Shown here: piece after piece, positions 12,891 to 29,467 of the stretch | How the letters are laid out: the number at the start of each line of letters is the position of its first letter | Position numbering within the stretch: position 1 is the first letter of the stretch | NCBI GenBank assembly: GCA_964016885.1 | Contig: OZ024753.1 | Location: forward strand, 26,908,001-26,972,000 | Length of the DNA stretch: 64,000 nucleotides | Reading direction: 5' to 3' | Source of the DNA: Eledone cirrhosa | Taxonomy: Eukaryota | The notes under the pieces: model-generated | Database searches by the model: none | Told to the model about the DNA's origin: nothing | Seen by the model: only the letters and a program-made list of their open reading frames with translations | Translations under genes and position numbers: made by a program

Positions 12891-14344
12891 TTACCGTTAA
12901 GGGAGAGCTGAAAGTGATGTTTGAGTCTATGATTTATTATCCAGAAATGATTAGGAAGAATTAACACAATACTGACCAAATAATATCATGCCAAAGAGTT
13001 GCTAACACTCACATCACTGTCCCTGTTGGATCGAGAACAAAACAGAAAAAACAAAAAGCCAACCAAGGGGAGGAGAGTGCACTAGGATTTAACATCATAA
13101 AAAGACAATGATAGAATATATTGCAGTACACTTGACCAATTTTTGGCAATAATGGCCATTTGTAGTACAGCAATATTGCAAAATAAAGAGAATATATTTT
13201 CTGTCCAGTCAGCAATTGCTGTAATCAAAGCCTGATGCCATAGAGAAGCAGAGAGTGTGAAGCCACATCTATAGACAACCTATCAGAGTAACCAATTCAT
13301 TTGAACAATCTAAAGATGATAATAAAAGGTCAAAGAGCTGTTTAGATAGTAATGGCTGAAGCATGAAGTGTTAGCAGTGATTAAAGAAACAGTCACCTCT
13401 CTGCAATATCATCCTCATGATGATGATAATGAAGATGATGGTGATGATGATAATGAAGATGATGGTGATGGTGATGATGATAATGAAGATGAGTTCTAAC
13501 AACAACAAAAAGATGAAGGTAATTAAAAGTAAATTGTTATCAGCTTTGAAAAGAAATGACTATAAGAGAGTGCAAAGAGACTAATGATGGAATAAGAAGA
13601 TAATTTTAGTCAATAATAAAGTCAGAAGAGAAATAAACCAGGCATAAAGAAACAATATAAAGAATGTGTAAATAAGCAGCATATTTACCAGTTAATAAAA
13701 ACAACAGAAAGACAAAGGATTATAAGCAGAAAATTAGTTGTTTGGCCAATTCAACGATAATCAAGAATCCTATAATCAAAAAAGTATTCCAACCATGACC
13801 AGGGCATCTAAAATTAAATTATCTAATTAGCCCTTCCTTTATTTTAAGATAATGGGGACTCTAATTTTTAATAGATATAATCTAACATTAGTAGAAGTTG
13901 AAATAAGAGAGAGAGAGAGTAAAATACTGGACTACTGATTGGTGGAAATTGTGTCCTATTATCATAAACAGTGAATTGAATTTTGAAACATGCGTGGCCG
14001 ATTGTTGCACTTGGTGGTGAATTGCACCCCCGTTTTTTCTTCTTTTTTAAATGTTTTTTAATCTTTCTTTTTTGCATTTATATTTGTATGCATTATATGT
14101 TTGTGTTTTTTGTTCTGCAAGCATTATATTTTTATACAACCATAAATAAAACCTTTAACTTACTGTAGACCTAAAAGAAAAAGAAACAATTCTTTCTATT
14201 TCATTTTATGACGTCTGCTTATTTGTAGAATTATCTATTATTTGTAGAATTATCTATTATGAAAGAATGTATAGGAATGAAATGTAATAATCATATAATT
14301 GTTTTTAATTCATAAAAGATACAGAAAAAGGTATTTAAAAACAT

Positions 14345-14545
14345 TCTTTCTTCCACTGGTTTTAATGATTTGAAGACTGCACCATACCTGGACACTTCCT
14401 TCAAGGGATTTAATCAAGTAAATCAAACCCAGTACTTATATTTTCAAGCCTGGTACTTATTTTATTAATTTCTATTCATCAAATTGCTAAATTAAGCAAG
14501 ATAAACCAACAATAGCATTTGTTAAGTGGGATAAATGTAAACAGA
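14345..14545 (-). mobile_element. Degenerate SINE-like repeat (family C)
   Basis: gactgcaccatacctggacac...aaatcaaacccagtacttat...cctggtacttattttatt; related remnants at ~26405-26560 and 41525-41580. Confidence 0.45.
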
Positions 14546-14603
14546 AACACACACACACACAAACATATATATATATTATATATATAGGACACACAAGCAC
14601 ACG

Positions 14604-14949
14604 CATCATCATCATCATCATCATCATTTTACGTCCGCTTTTCCTTGCTTGCAAGGGTGGGACAGGAACTGATTCTGGCTTGATTTCTACAGCTGGATGC
14701 CCTTCCTAACACCAACCTCATTTACAGTGAGTGCTGGGTGCTTTTTTGCCGTGGCACCTCCACGACCACTTTGCAGTGGAATGATAGGGACCTCAGTCCC
14801 TATCATCTCATTTCTACAGCTGAGTAAACTGGAGCAATGTGAAATAAAGTATCTTGCTCAAGGAAACAACACATCACCCGGTCTGAGAATTGAACTCACA
14901 ACCTTTCGATTGCAAGGCCAATGCTCTAACCACTAAGCCATGTGCCTCC
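14604..14949 (-). mobile_element. SINE family A, full length (tRNA head + CORE-like domain + RTE-derived 3' part)
   Basis: Minus strand ggaggcacaTGGCTTAGTGG (A box), GAGTTCAATTC (B box), ccttgagcaagat...ctcagctgtagaaatgag, then RTE 3'UTR motifs and (GAT)n; near-identical to 59122-59464 and 63752-64000. Confidence 0.92.
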
Positions 14950-15093
14950 ATATATATTATTAGAACAGATTAAAGTTTAAGCAAAGAATTTCTACTTTCA
15001 CCTTATTACTGTATCTTCTGATCTTGGTCTTCGTAATATATATATATATATATATATCATCATCATCATCATCATCATTTTACGTCCGCTTTT

Positions 15094-15154
<61 letters not shown>

Positions 15155-15818
15155 CATTAGACAACTCAAATCTTTAAGATGCTTTCCCATGGGACTGAAC
15201 TAAAAACACTGTGATTTCAAAGCAAACTCCTTAACCCCACAAACATGCCTGTAGTGTCAAACCATTTGATAATGTTTCATTTTACTATTAGTTAGAATTC
15301 AATACCAAGTTGTGGGGAGATAACTATTGGAGTAACTATAAAGAACAATACATAAACTGGTAGGCCGACTTGCTAACATCCAATTCTACCGCCCATCTTC
15401 ACTAATATCACAGATATAGTCAGCTACTAAAAGTCACTAGATGGCCAGTAATGGAATTTAAACTAAAGTGGGATGGAAATGTAGCAGCACCAAGCGAAGG
15501 AGATAAATCTGCTAATATAGATATATCTGGTTTGCTGAAACATGCAATGAGGCGATGAAAAACACTAGTGATGTGTAGCGATAACAATCAATATTACTCA
15601 CGCCCCCTTTTTTTTCACAATGCATCTCATTAATTATTAAATCAGATAAATAGTTATTTTCTGAGTAGTGATTCCTGCTATCAGAGATTCTGTTATCGGC
15701 CAGAGGTTGCAATTTTCAAAGGAGAGAGACATTAATGGATACACACAAACACACATACATACATATATATATATACACACACATCATCACTGTTTAACGT
15801 CCATTTTTCCACACTGGA

Positions 15819-15850
<32 letters not shown>

Positions 15851-16611
15851 GAGAGGGAGAGAGAGAGAGAGTGTGTGTGTGAGAGGGAGAGAGTGAGAGG
15901 GAGTGAGTGAGAGGGGGGAGGGAGAGATAGAGAGAGAGAGGGAAGTGGGATAGCTTTCTTGCAAGCTAGTAGATCCATTGGCCATATGGATTAATCAGGC
16001 GTGTCTAATGCTATACTATGTGCATAATGTTAAGCTGGAGATGTTAATATGTGTATGTATGGCGGGGTGGCACACACTCACTCACACACACACCACACAC
16101 TATCAGGATTAGGCAAAAATAGAGCTTGAAATAGCTCTGTTTACAATATAAACACCTTCTTCCCCAACCAAAACCAGCCACTGTGAACTGGCTGAACAAT
16201 TACAAACCTCATCATCCACCTACCCACCTACACACACCCTACAAGTAAAGAGTTCATGTTTAACAAACACACTTTCCACACAGGACAGGGCATTTCTGTC
16301 CATCATTGTCAATGATCACTCCAGTGCTAGCAATAAACCGTTCAATCAGATGGTACAATGAAGGCAATCAGTTTGACTTGTAGTTCTCCCACTATCACTT
16401 ATCACTGATGATGAGGCGATGACATTTGACAGCCATAACATTACTGTATTGACTTTTTAAAAATCCATGCTGCTGCTGTTAAAGATTCACTGGAACAAAA
16501 AAAATCTCTACATTTTTATAGCATTCATGAAAGTAAAATGACCATAGAATTCCTTTGTTTTTGTTGTTTACACATACACACACACATATATATATTATAT
16601 ATATACACACA

Positions 16612-16687
16612 CAGGGTGTCTCAAAAAATGTATACACACTTCAACAGCCTTCTAATAGATATGTGTATAAATTTTTGGGACACCCTG
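16612..16687. mobile_element. 76-bp Tc1/mariner-type micro-MITE
   Basis: CAGGGTGTCTCAAAAAATGTATACACA ... TGTGTATAAATTTTTGGGACACCCTG-TA. Confidence 0.8.
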
Positions 16688-16720
16688 TATATATAAATAT
16701 ATATATAAATATATAAACAT

Positions 16721-19355
<2,635 letters not shown>

Positions 19356-21029
19356 TGTGTTTCTTTGTTTGTTAAGGTACTTTGATCTTTTGAATTTAGT
19401 TCCAAGTTGGGTTAGGAAGTATTATCAGGCTATTGGCTGTGTAACTTAATTAAGTAGACACATACATATATACATACACCGCCATTAACTGTCATTATAC
19501 ACTCACACATACATATACATACACACCTCCATAAACTGTCATTATAGACTAGACAGCGTCTACCCTGTTTACAGATATAATCATCAGCAAAGCTTTATTT
19601 GTTTGTTTATTAATTTATTTGTGGGAGGATGATTTTTTTGTTTTTGTTTTATTTCATTATTATTTATTTTCTTTTTCAATTCATCAGTTATTGTCCCTTC
19701 TCCCATCTTCTATATTTAACTATTTTATTTTATTTTACAGATAAACTTGTGTGATACACAGAGATAGATGTATACATGCATATATACATACATATATATA
19801 TACACACACACATACATACATATACATACACACATACACACACACACACACACACATATATACACACACACATATATATACACATACACACATATACATA
19901 TACACATATATATAGAGAGAGAGGGGGAGAGGAAGAGAGAGAAGAATGCACAAACACACAAGAGGACAAGAGAGACACAAGAACCAACAACAGCAACAAC
20001 AAAAAAATATGGGGATCCAACAAACAAACAATGTTCTATTTATTATTTTAAACATTATTCTACCTCTTTATCTATTACCATCGCTCACAACACACCTCAC
20101 AAGACTTCACAACGATCACCCATATATACATACATACATATATATATATCATAGCTTTCTCTTTATCAATTCTCTCACTTATATCATACAAACATTTTCT
20201 GCTTGAATTTATTTCATGCCATTTCATCTTTCATAGCTGCTGCCTTTCATGCTCGGGGAAGAAACTAGATTCAGTTTTTTTCTTTAGCAGTAGGAGAAAT
20301 GTGGAATTTATAAATGCATATATGCACATACCACCATAAGGAATCGATGTATTTATATGTAGAGAGAACAAAGGAAAGAAGGAAAGAAAGCAGTGTGTCA
20401 ATAGATGTATACATAAACAGTGATTGTGCTTCATATTATGTCCAAAACTAGTGCAAGCCATTCACATATCCATGTGTAAATGAGAAACGAGTTGTCTAAA
20501 GAGAGTTTTATCTTTGCTTTACTTGTATTTTTTTTTGTTTCTACTTCATTTTTCAAGGTTTTTTTATTTTTTTCTTCTTCATTGTTTTCTTTCTTTCCTT
20601 TGCATTTTTAGACAGCGTTTCGGCTCAATTACACATGCAAGCATGCATGTTCGGTCACGCACACATGATGAAGGAAGGAAACCATCAAAGACGAAGCAAA
20701 ACAACGGAAGTTTAAAGTGTTTTGTTTTACAACGATTCTATCTTTTATGAAAATAATAACAATAGCAACAACAATATTGATGATAATAAAATGGAATGAT
20801 AAATAAATAAATGTGAAACAAGAAAATGTAAGTTGGACAGAGAAATGAATCAAATTCCATATGGCTTTTGTAGTTTCTATTTGGAAATACTTCCTGCTAT
20901 AGAGCTTATGTGTATTTTTTCTTTATTGGAATCTGAATAAGGAATCAATAATAAAGATTAGAAACAGATGAAATTGATGGCAGGGAGGGGAAAGGTTAAA
21001 CAAATTAAGAGATAGCAGAGTTACTGACA

Positions 21030-21073
<44 letters not shown>

Positions 21074-21248
21074 TGTGAGGAAAAGAATGATTCAAATGAA
21101 AATAGAAAGGTGTTAGGTTGAAGTAGAGGGAAGTGGAGTGGAATATATGTGAATTAAACAAAAAGACATAAATGAAAAAAATAGTCATGGATGATAGTTG
21201 AATTAATTTTCAATCCTAATATTTTAATTCAGGTCTGAGGAAAGATAT

Positions 21249-21530
<282 letters not shown>

Positions 21531-22969
21531 ACATCACACACACATTTTAAAGAGTTTTATGTTAAATACATGTAAATGCAAATTCAACATTGAATGGCAG
21601 TGATTCCCTGCTAGCTATTATCATCAGATAGTATTATAAGAACAATATAGAGAGTAAAAATTACTAAGAATCAGAAACAACAGCAATTGAGATGAAATGA
21701 TTCTTCAACAGTCATTCTAGAAGAAAAAAAGAAAGAAAAAAAAAAGAATCCAGTTGTTTCATACTTCAGAATAAAGTACATCATCTCAAAATGAGATTTC
21801 TCATCTTACATTATTACCCTTTGTTATTTACAATTCCTGGTCCAGGCAGTTTAGGTTGATACTGCTATTTGTTTAGAAATCAAATCAAAATAGCTACCCC
21901 CCACCTAATGCAGAAACTTATATGCTTAGCAATAACGACCAAGCTGTCATATAAGATTTTTTTTGCCCTAGCTTAAACCTTGGTGGTTATACTTAATGTC
22001 AATTTTTATTGCTCGTTAAGAGATCAAAGTTTATTTTTTAGGACCATTCACTCATAATTAGGTAAAAGAAATATATTATGCCTTTATCTTGAAATATCAG
22101 ATAAATTATACTACCTATGAGTATGAGGGGCATTCTTGCCATCTAAATTCCAAGTGATGAGGATGTTGATATACTTGAACAACCATAATAATATGCCATG
22201 TGTGTTTATATATATCTATATCTATCTATCTATCAATATATATACATATCTATATCTATATATCTTTCTGTAAATCTTTAAAATTTATACACACAAACAT
22301 ATGTGTACACAACACATTTCCTATATGCTACATCAAGAAGTTTGCTTTCCAAGGTCCTGGGTTCTAACCATACATTTGTCCCTGTATAATAGTTATTTGT
22401 CCAAAGTTGTTGCTCATACATTTAATCATGTAAGTCACTTGTACACATATGCTGAGCACCCAACAAAATAGTACAATGGCCCTGATGCAGAGGTGCACTA
22501 TTTGTTCATTGAATGTGTTTTAACATTGAATAGAGTAGAAATACTCAAATGGAAATATATTAAAATTGAAGATGTTTGAATTTCATGCACACACATAAAC
22601 ACACATTAAATTGTTGATATGGCAAAAAAAAAAAAAAAAAGAAGGAAAAGAGCTGATTGTCAGATCAGACCAACGAAACAATGTTTTTATTGGTTTTTCC
22701 ATTTCTGATACTATCTGTCAGAAGGATAAGGGATTTGAACCAAGAATTCACAAAACCAGAACAGATACTGTAAGCATACCATCCAGTTCTTTAACAATTC
22801 TACAATCCACTGCCTTTGACTGGCACTTTATCAACACCCAAAATAATACAAGGCAAAGTTGACCTTTAATGGGATTTGAACTCAGAGCACAGAGAACCAG
22901 GACAAATACGACAGCATTTAATCTGTTGTTAAAACAACTCTGCTAATTTATTGACAATCTAAAAAAAAA

Positions 22970-23253
22970 AAGTCTAAAGTTTGTCTTAAGCCAGAAGGCT
23001 CGTTAGGCCAGTGCTTATCCCAGTTTCATGGCATGAAGCAACTGAGAGTACAAGACTCCCTCTCTGGACAAGACGTCAGTCCATCACAGGGTTAAACCCT
23101 CAACTATTGCTGATACTCATTTACAGCAGAGTATACAGGAGCAACATGAAATGAAGTGTTTTGCTCAAGTACGCAACACACAATCCAGCCCAGGAATCAA
23201 ATCCATGATATGACTGCAAGTCCAACACCCTTACCACTAGACCATGTGCCTCC
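22970..23253 (-). mobile_element. tRNA-derived SINE sharing the SINE-A head/core but with a different tail
   Basis: Ends ccactagaccatgtgcctcc (head), has aagtgttttgctcaag core; tail ggccagtgcttatcccagtttcatggcatgaagcaactgagagtac is unrelated to the SINE-A tail. Confidence 0.7.
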
Positions 23254-24503
23254 ACTAATTCATTGACAATAGTATGTAGTAAAATAATATAAAAAAATTC
23301 TGATATATCAACTTTAATGCATTAAAAGAAGAAAAGCATGTACAATTTTAACTAAATAAAGAGTTGAAAGTGGCACAGTAAATATGGTAAAGTAATTTAG
23401 TATCGTTGTACTAATAATAGTATGTTAATAACTGTAGAGCACTGAAGTGCATGAAACTTGTCAACAAAATATATTTTAAAAAAATACAATACAGACACGA
23501 AAGACAAGTATCTAGCAACAATTACAAAATTGTGAAAAGAAAATATAACACAGCAGCAATTTCTTTTTTTTTTAACTTAATCTCTGACCATATACCTAAT
23601 TTTTTATCTTTATTGCTGTCAACTCCTTCCATTGTCCCCCTTCCCTTAGCTTCTGGTATCTATGACCAACATAATCACAGGCTCATTCCACATACAACAG
23701 TAATTTCAGTTGTTGAAAAGAATTGAATCAAGTTACTAGCAAGGGAGCCATAAATAGGAGAGCAATTTATATAGGAGAACAATTTAAATTGAAAAGCTAT
23801 TGATATTTTTAGACAAACAAAACATTGCCAAACACAGGGAGAAATAAATATATGCATTTCCCCCAACCCACTGGTATGTTGAAAAAAAAAACTGTTGGAG
23901 CAGTGGTTACAAGGCAGTTTTAGAAGCAAATATAATCAGCTAAACACTCTCTCTCGCTCCCTCTTTCTCTTCAAGACTGTGACAAGTACAATGATATGTC
24001 TTGTCTAAGGAAACAACCAAAATAAGTAAGTAGATGATGCAGTGACATGCTAGTTATTTTGTCAGCATTCAAGACCAAACATAGTGGACTGTTTGATGCT
24101 GCATTATTCAAGCATGAAGCTCAATGGTTATAAGTTCAAACCTTTCTACAGACATTTTAAAATGTTTTTTTTTCTTTGTTCTTTTGCTTAGCCAGAAAAG
24201 GAAGGGCAGTACTTCTGTGGATAAAAGGGAAGTTATCCTCATACTAGGAGCCTGGCCCAAATGCTTGTAGTAAAAGAGTATGATAAAGACATATAGACAT
24301 GGTAACAGATGAAGTCTACCACCCCAAAAGAAGAACAGTTCCTCTAATGGGCTCCACAGTTTCTGCCAACCAAATGTCATGCCCAAGGCTCTGGTACTGA
24401 AGGCAATGGTAGAAGAAACTTGAACAAGGTACAGTGTCATGCACATAAGATAGGTATATTATTCCATTTGGTTTGCTGACAATAGATGTCACTCAGAGTT
24501 TAA

Positions 24504-24724
24504 CCCTTTAGCATTTACAGTACTCTATATTTACCATTGTATTTTTATAGTAAAGGCTTTATCTTACATAATTATCTCACATAATATCGAATCTATGAGA
24601 TTTTGATATTATTTATTTTGAGAAGAATACTTTAACATTAGTATGAGTGGCCAGTTACAGCCAGTTTGAAAAGAAAGAGGTGAGAGAATTCTGGCCAGAT
24701 ACGGCCGGTTTAAATGCTAAAGGG
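24504..24724. mobile_element. piggyBac-type MITE
   Basis: TTAA-CCCTTTAGCATTTA ... TAAATGCTAAAGGG-TTAA. Confidence 0.92.
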
Positions 24725-25950
24725 TTAAAGGTTCTTAAATATAATTATGATGGAAACTTTTGAGATAAATATAGTTGCTTTAAAACAAACAACTTTGTAT
24801 TAGAGAACTAGAGGCAATTTCAGGTGGTTTGGTATCAAGAGAATTAAAATGTGTAGATATTCAGTTCTAAAAATATTGCCTCCAGAAAATCAAACATTTG
24901 CAAATGTAAAACAGTTAAAAGTTGAGGAATGGTCAAATAAAGGTTTTAGTTTGTGAAAACAAGAGATAACCTATAATTTCTGTAGGTTATTTGCCTTTTT
25001 TGTTTATTCAGTTATATATGTGGCTGTGTTTAGAGACAAATAAGATATAACAGCAATAAGACTGACAACAATATGTTTAAACAGAAGAAAACAATACAAC
25101 CAAAACCACAGACACATACACATACACACACATATATGCATGCACAGACACACAGAGAGTTGAAACAAGATCATCTTTTGGATTTGATATTGTTGAAACA
25201 AGAACATCATGTACATTTGATATTGTTACAACAACAATAATTCAACTAGGATTTGAATGGAGGGGAGGAAGAACTTGTTACTACAGAAATTTGATTTATT
25301 TCGACAAGAATCACATTTTAGATAAGCACTTATAGTAATGTTAAAATAACTGTAAAACATGTTTTTTTGTGAGAGAGAGAAAAAGAGAGATAGGAGAGGA
25401 GGAAATAAAATAAATAAAGCCAATGTTTTTTTTTATTTACTGTTTCTTCAGAAATTAGAAAATCAAACTAAAAGTGAAAAAGAAAAAAAAATTAAAATAG
25501 AAAAAAAGAAAACAAAAAAGAAAATACAAAAGTTTTCTTTTTCAAACTATATTTAATCTGTTTAAGCTCTTTAGTAATGAATCTTTGTTGTAGTAACATT
25601 ACTACCCCCCATAAGGTAACATGTAAACATAAATAAGGTTTTGAAATCTTATTTCTATTTGTTTTATAACGTAAGATAAAATACTCAAAAATGAATAAAT
25701 AGCCCAATATCAAATGTTAGCAATGCTACATAATTTAAGTCAAAGGATATCTTGTAATGGGATAAAGTCTGAGATAACTTCCATCTGGAAAAACTTTCAG
25801 AATTAAAATGACTCACAAGGTATTAAAATTATTTGGGATGAAATAAATCGAAATGATTGCTTTTCAATAGAGTAGATCAATGTATGAACTAATATGTACA
25901 TGTATGTATGTGCCATTGCAGATGAAATACTGTTAAAAGTAAAGTGTTAA

Positions 25951-26167
25951 CCCTTTAGCATTTAAACCAGCCATATCCAGCCACAATTCTCTCACCTGTT
26001 TCTGTTCAAACCAGTCACTCATACCGACATTAAGGTATTGTTCTTAAAATATAAAATAACATCATCAAAATTTCATAGATTCGATATTATGTGAGCTGAT
26101 TATGTAAGATAGGACCTTTACCACAAAAATACAATAGTAAATATAGAGTAATATAAATGCTAAAGGG
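25951..26167. mobile_element. piggyBac-type MITE
   Basis: TTAA TSD, same TIR, opposite orientation to 24504-24724. Confidence 0.92.
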
Positions 26168-27757
26168 TTAAGTGCTTTCTTCTTCTTTAGTTCCTTTTGC
26201 TTCCAATGAAGGATCAGATGATGAGAGATCTCCATCCTGCATAGCTGGAAGTTCTGTCACAAGCCTGCTCCCAGGTCAGGCTAAAGTCTGTTGGACTTTA
26301 GTCCTAACTTAGCCGGCGACAACCCATCCAACCCTTGCTAGCAAGGAAAACATGTTAAATGATGATGATGGAGAAACAGGAAGTTTTTAAAAAAGTGATA
26401 ATCACTAGACTAGTGCTTCAATAGTTTGGTTAAAAAAATCAACACCAGCACTTACTTTTTAAATGTCTGATATTTATTTCATTAGCCTCTGATTGTCAAA
26501 CTTTTAAGTTATGAGGCCATAAATAAACCAATGGTTTTTAAATGTTGTAAATGTACAAGCAGACATGTACACAATCAAATATATAGATATATATATATCA
26601 TTATTTCATGGCCTTCCATGCAGACATGCATTATGAGTTTTTATGTAGATACCTGTGAGTATAAGTGTTGATGCATCTCAGTAATTGAGTGTGCATGTAT
26701 GTTTGTTAATCAGAGTGAGTGTAAAATAAAGAGCTCAAAGAAAAAAATATCAGAAAAATCTTTACATATTCAGCAACTGGGCAACACTGCTAAGTTTTAG
26801 AATAAAACAATGCATTTCGAACCAATGCAACATGTAAATTAGAAGAATTTTTATTTTTAGAACATGCTTTACTTCCAACCATTACAAAAATGTGATAAAA
26901 AACAAAACAAAACAATTATAATTAAGCAAGTAAGTGAAGATAAAAGAATTTAACAACTACCAAAAAGAAATTTAACTTAGAATGATTTATCTATCATGAA
27001 AAATGGTTAAAATTAAAATAAAAAAAAAAAGCACCAAATTAGCCAACCAGAATATTAATTAGAAACCTTAAATGAAAAGAAAACTTGTAAAATATTCATT
27101 TCATTACATGAAACTATTAGAAAACGATCTAACAGTTGTTTGTATAAATTTACAATAAAGTTATTCCAATAAGATTCACACAAGACAAGCATTTGTGTGA
27201 CATCTAATTGAACAGAAAGTTTATAACCTACAAGTATTGATAATATATTTAGTGATTTCTTGATTTGTTATATGTAAAGCATGGAAAATAGACATAAAAA
27301 CGGTGATAATGATGATGATGTATATTTATATATGTATGTAAGATATATATATATGCACATAAAAAGCATGTCACACATCAACAACAACAATAAAAATAAA
27401 TAACTTGTTCAATATTGTGGAATTATTTAAATAAATGTCAAACTAAAAGGATATTTAATGAAAATAATTTTGCCAATAACAGTAAAGGAAAAACAAAACA
27501 ATATATTTTCTTAAATAAAATCAATTTAAAATTATTGAAGTCATAAGCTATGAAATGAATATAAAAATGGTAAATTAGAAATATTTAATAATTTCACTGC
27601 AGTTTATAAACAAGTTTAATTTATAGAGAAATGCAAACATATTTTGAAATAAAATTAATTCAAACCTTTTCAGCAAAGTGTCCTAGTTATTGTTATATTT
27701 ATTTATTCAATTTAAACGTCCGTATAGAGCTTGTAAGCCATGACAGACTAGGGGAAG

Positions 27758-27811
27758 TATTGAGTACTCCTTACTCCTTAATCATATTGAGTACTCCTTA
27801 CTCCTTAATCA
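27758..27811. repeat. 27-bp tandem duplication
   Basis: tattgagtactccttactccttaatca x2. Confidence 0.9.
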
Positions 27812-28146
27812 AAAAGAGCTAGTGAGACAAATTTAAAAAAAAATGTTTTTTCAACATCAATTCTAAATGAAATCAAGTTTCTTGCAATAATCAGTGAAAG
27901 TGATATTTCAGTAGAATTTGAAAGTAAAAACAAAGAGAAGAGTAGGAATAGTTTTTTTAATTGTCCATTTCTCGTTACTTGCATAAGTGAGACAGTTTGG
28001 GGGAATGTGGATATTTGCATATTTCTGCAGCTGGTGATTTTGTAATTAACTGCTGTGACAGGTTACATGAAAACGTTTTCAATCACAATACATACACACT
28101 CACATCATCATATTTTTCACAATTTTTTTCAATCATACACACACAT

Positions 28147-28360
28147 GCCATCATCATCATGACTCCTACACTACCACTTTACAGTGAGGACTGGGTGCTT
28201 TTGGCCATGACACCTACACGACCACTTTACAGTGTGGACTGGGTGCTTTTTGTCATGACACCTACATGACCACTCTACAGTCTGGACTGGATGCTTTTTG
28301 TCATGACACCTAGATGACCACTTTGCAGTGTGGATTGTAAAGTGGTCATGTAGGTGTCAT
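28147..28360 (-). repeat. Array of ~41-bp RTE 3'UTR subrepeats with terminal inverted copy
   Basis: About 4 x gtcatgacacctacacgaccactttacagtgtggactgggtgctttt, then inverted tgtaaagtggtcatgtaggtgtcat (28336-28360). Confidence 0.8.
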
Positions 28361-28707
28361 TTACGTGGGAGGTGTATGGAAGGGGGGAGAGAAGGTAGGG
28401 GAAGATGGTGCATAATGGATGTGGGAAGGCCGGTCTGCAGTATTACTGCATAACACATACATATATATATATATACACACACATACATAAATACATCGGA
28501 AAAGACCAGTGTGGGGGACGAGGTTTTACACAGTTGTTTGGATTGTCACTACAGCAGACAAACGCATCTAACCTTAACTAGTGGAACAAATGAATGTTGT
28601 AGCTTAGTCACATCTGTTACATCAACCAGATGGAGCAGAGTTTCAAGATCTGTTCCACAACTTAATAACAATGATAACAATGCCAAGCTTTGATTTGAAA
28701 ACAATTC

Positions 28708-28794
28708 AGCCTTGAGGCATAACACCACTGCAGTAGGTAGCCTTGAAGCATAAAACCACTGCAGTAGGTAGCCTTGAAGCATAAAACCACTGCA
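28708..28794. repeat. 31-bp minisatellite x2.8
   Basis: agccttgaagcataaaaccactgcagtaggt. Confidence 0.9.
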
Positions 28795-29132
28795 TGTGTG
28801 TGTGTGCGCGCGCGCATAGAACAATAAAAAAAATAGAAGTCAGGTGTAGGTAGATAGTTTGTTCATTCTTTTACGATCGTTTCAGAGGGTCGATTGATTG
28901 CTGGAGATCGATATATTGACAAACATGGTAGTGGTTAAGTTACTACCTATTTCTAGTCTCGAAATCCCTGTTCAGTTGGCCATCCTCCTCAACCTGCAAA
29001 ATAGAATTTAGTTAGGTGACCAAGTAATGTCATATATATATATATATATCTAAAGATATATATGAATTTACTTGGTCACCTAACTAAATTTTTTTTTCAG
29101 ACTTTCATTTTCAGACAAAACATATAAATATA

Positions 29133-29467
29133 TACACTCGGGTCTTGAATAATTGCCACCCACGCCACTCTGCTTATTAATTTTTCAGATTCCCCTCCCC
29201 CACCCCACCACTGCTTATTAAATTTAGCTAATCTATCTCCAGTGAAATTTTATTGTAAGTGATTCATATTGATACAGTAGCTGGAGAATCCAATAATTAT
29301 TTTATTTTACATTAAAAAAACATTCTATATGACAAAAAAGAACATTACAAGAAATCCCATTACGAACGTACACTATACAATTACCGATTTCCCAACCCCA
29401 CCGTTTTTAAGAATATAAGCATATTACCCCCCCCCCCCCCCCCTCTGTTATTTGGGACCCGAGAATA
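29133..29467. mobile_element. MITE with imperfect TIRs
   Basis: ctcgggtcttgaataa ... ttatttgggacccgag; internal C-rich subrepeats. Confidence 0.55.

Noticed and set aside
13417-13495. Acidic Asp/Glu-rich coding exon
   Set aside because: A degenerate (GAT)n repeat with no splice or ORF support.
26191-26274. Apparent 84-nt symmetric exon (polypyrimidine-AG ... CAG/GT)
   Set aside because: The pyrimidine tract is better explained as the (AAG)n tail of a minus-strand RTE 3' end (DR..WRSLI-like reading); no partner exons found. RNA-seq would settle it.
28160-28335. CRISPR-like regularly spaced repeats
   Set aside because: Contiguous tandem units without unique spacers, derived from a LINE 3'UTR; eukaryotic context with no cas genes.
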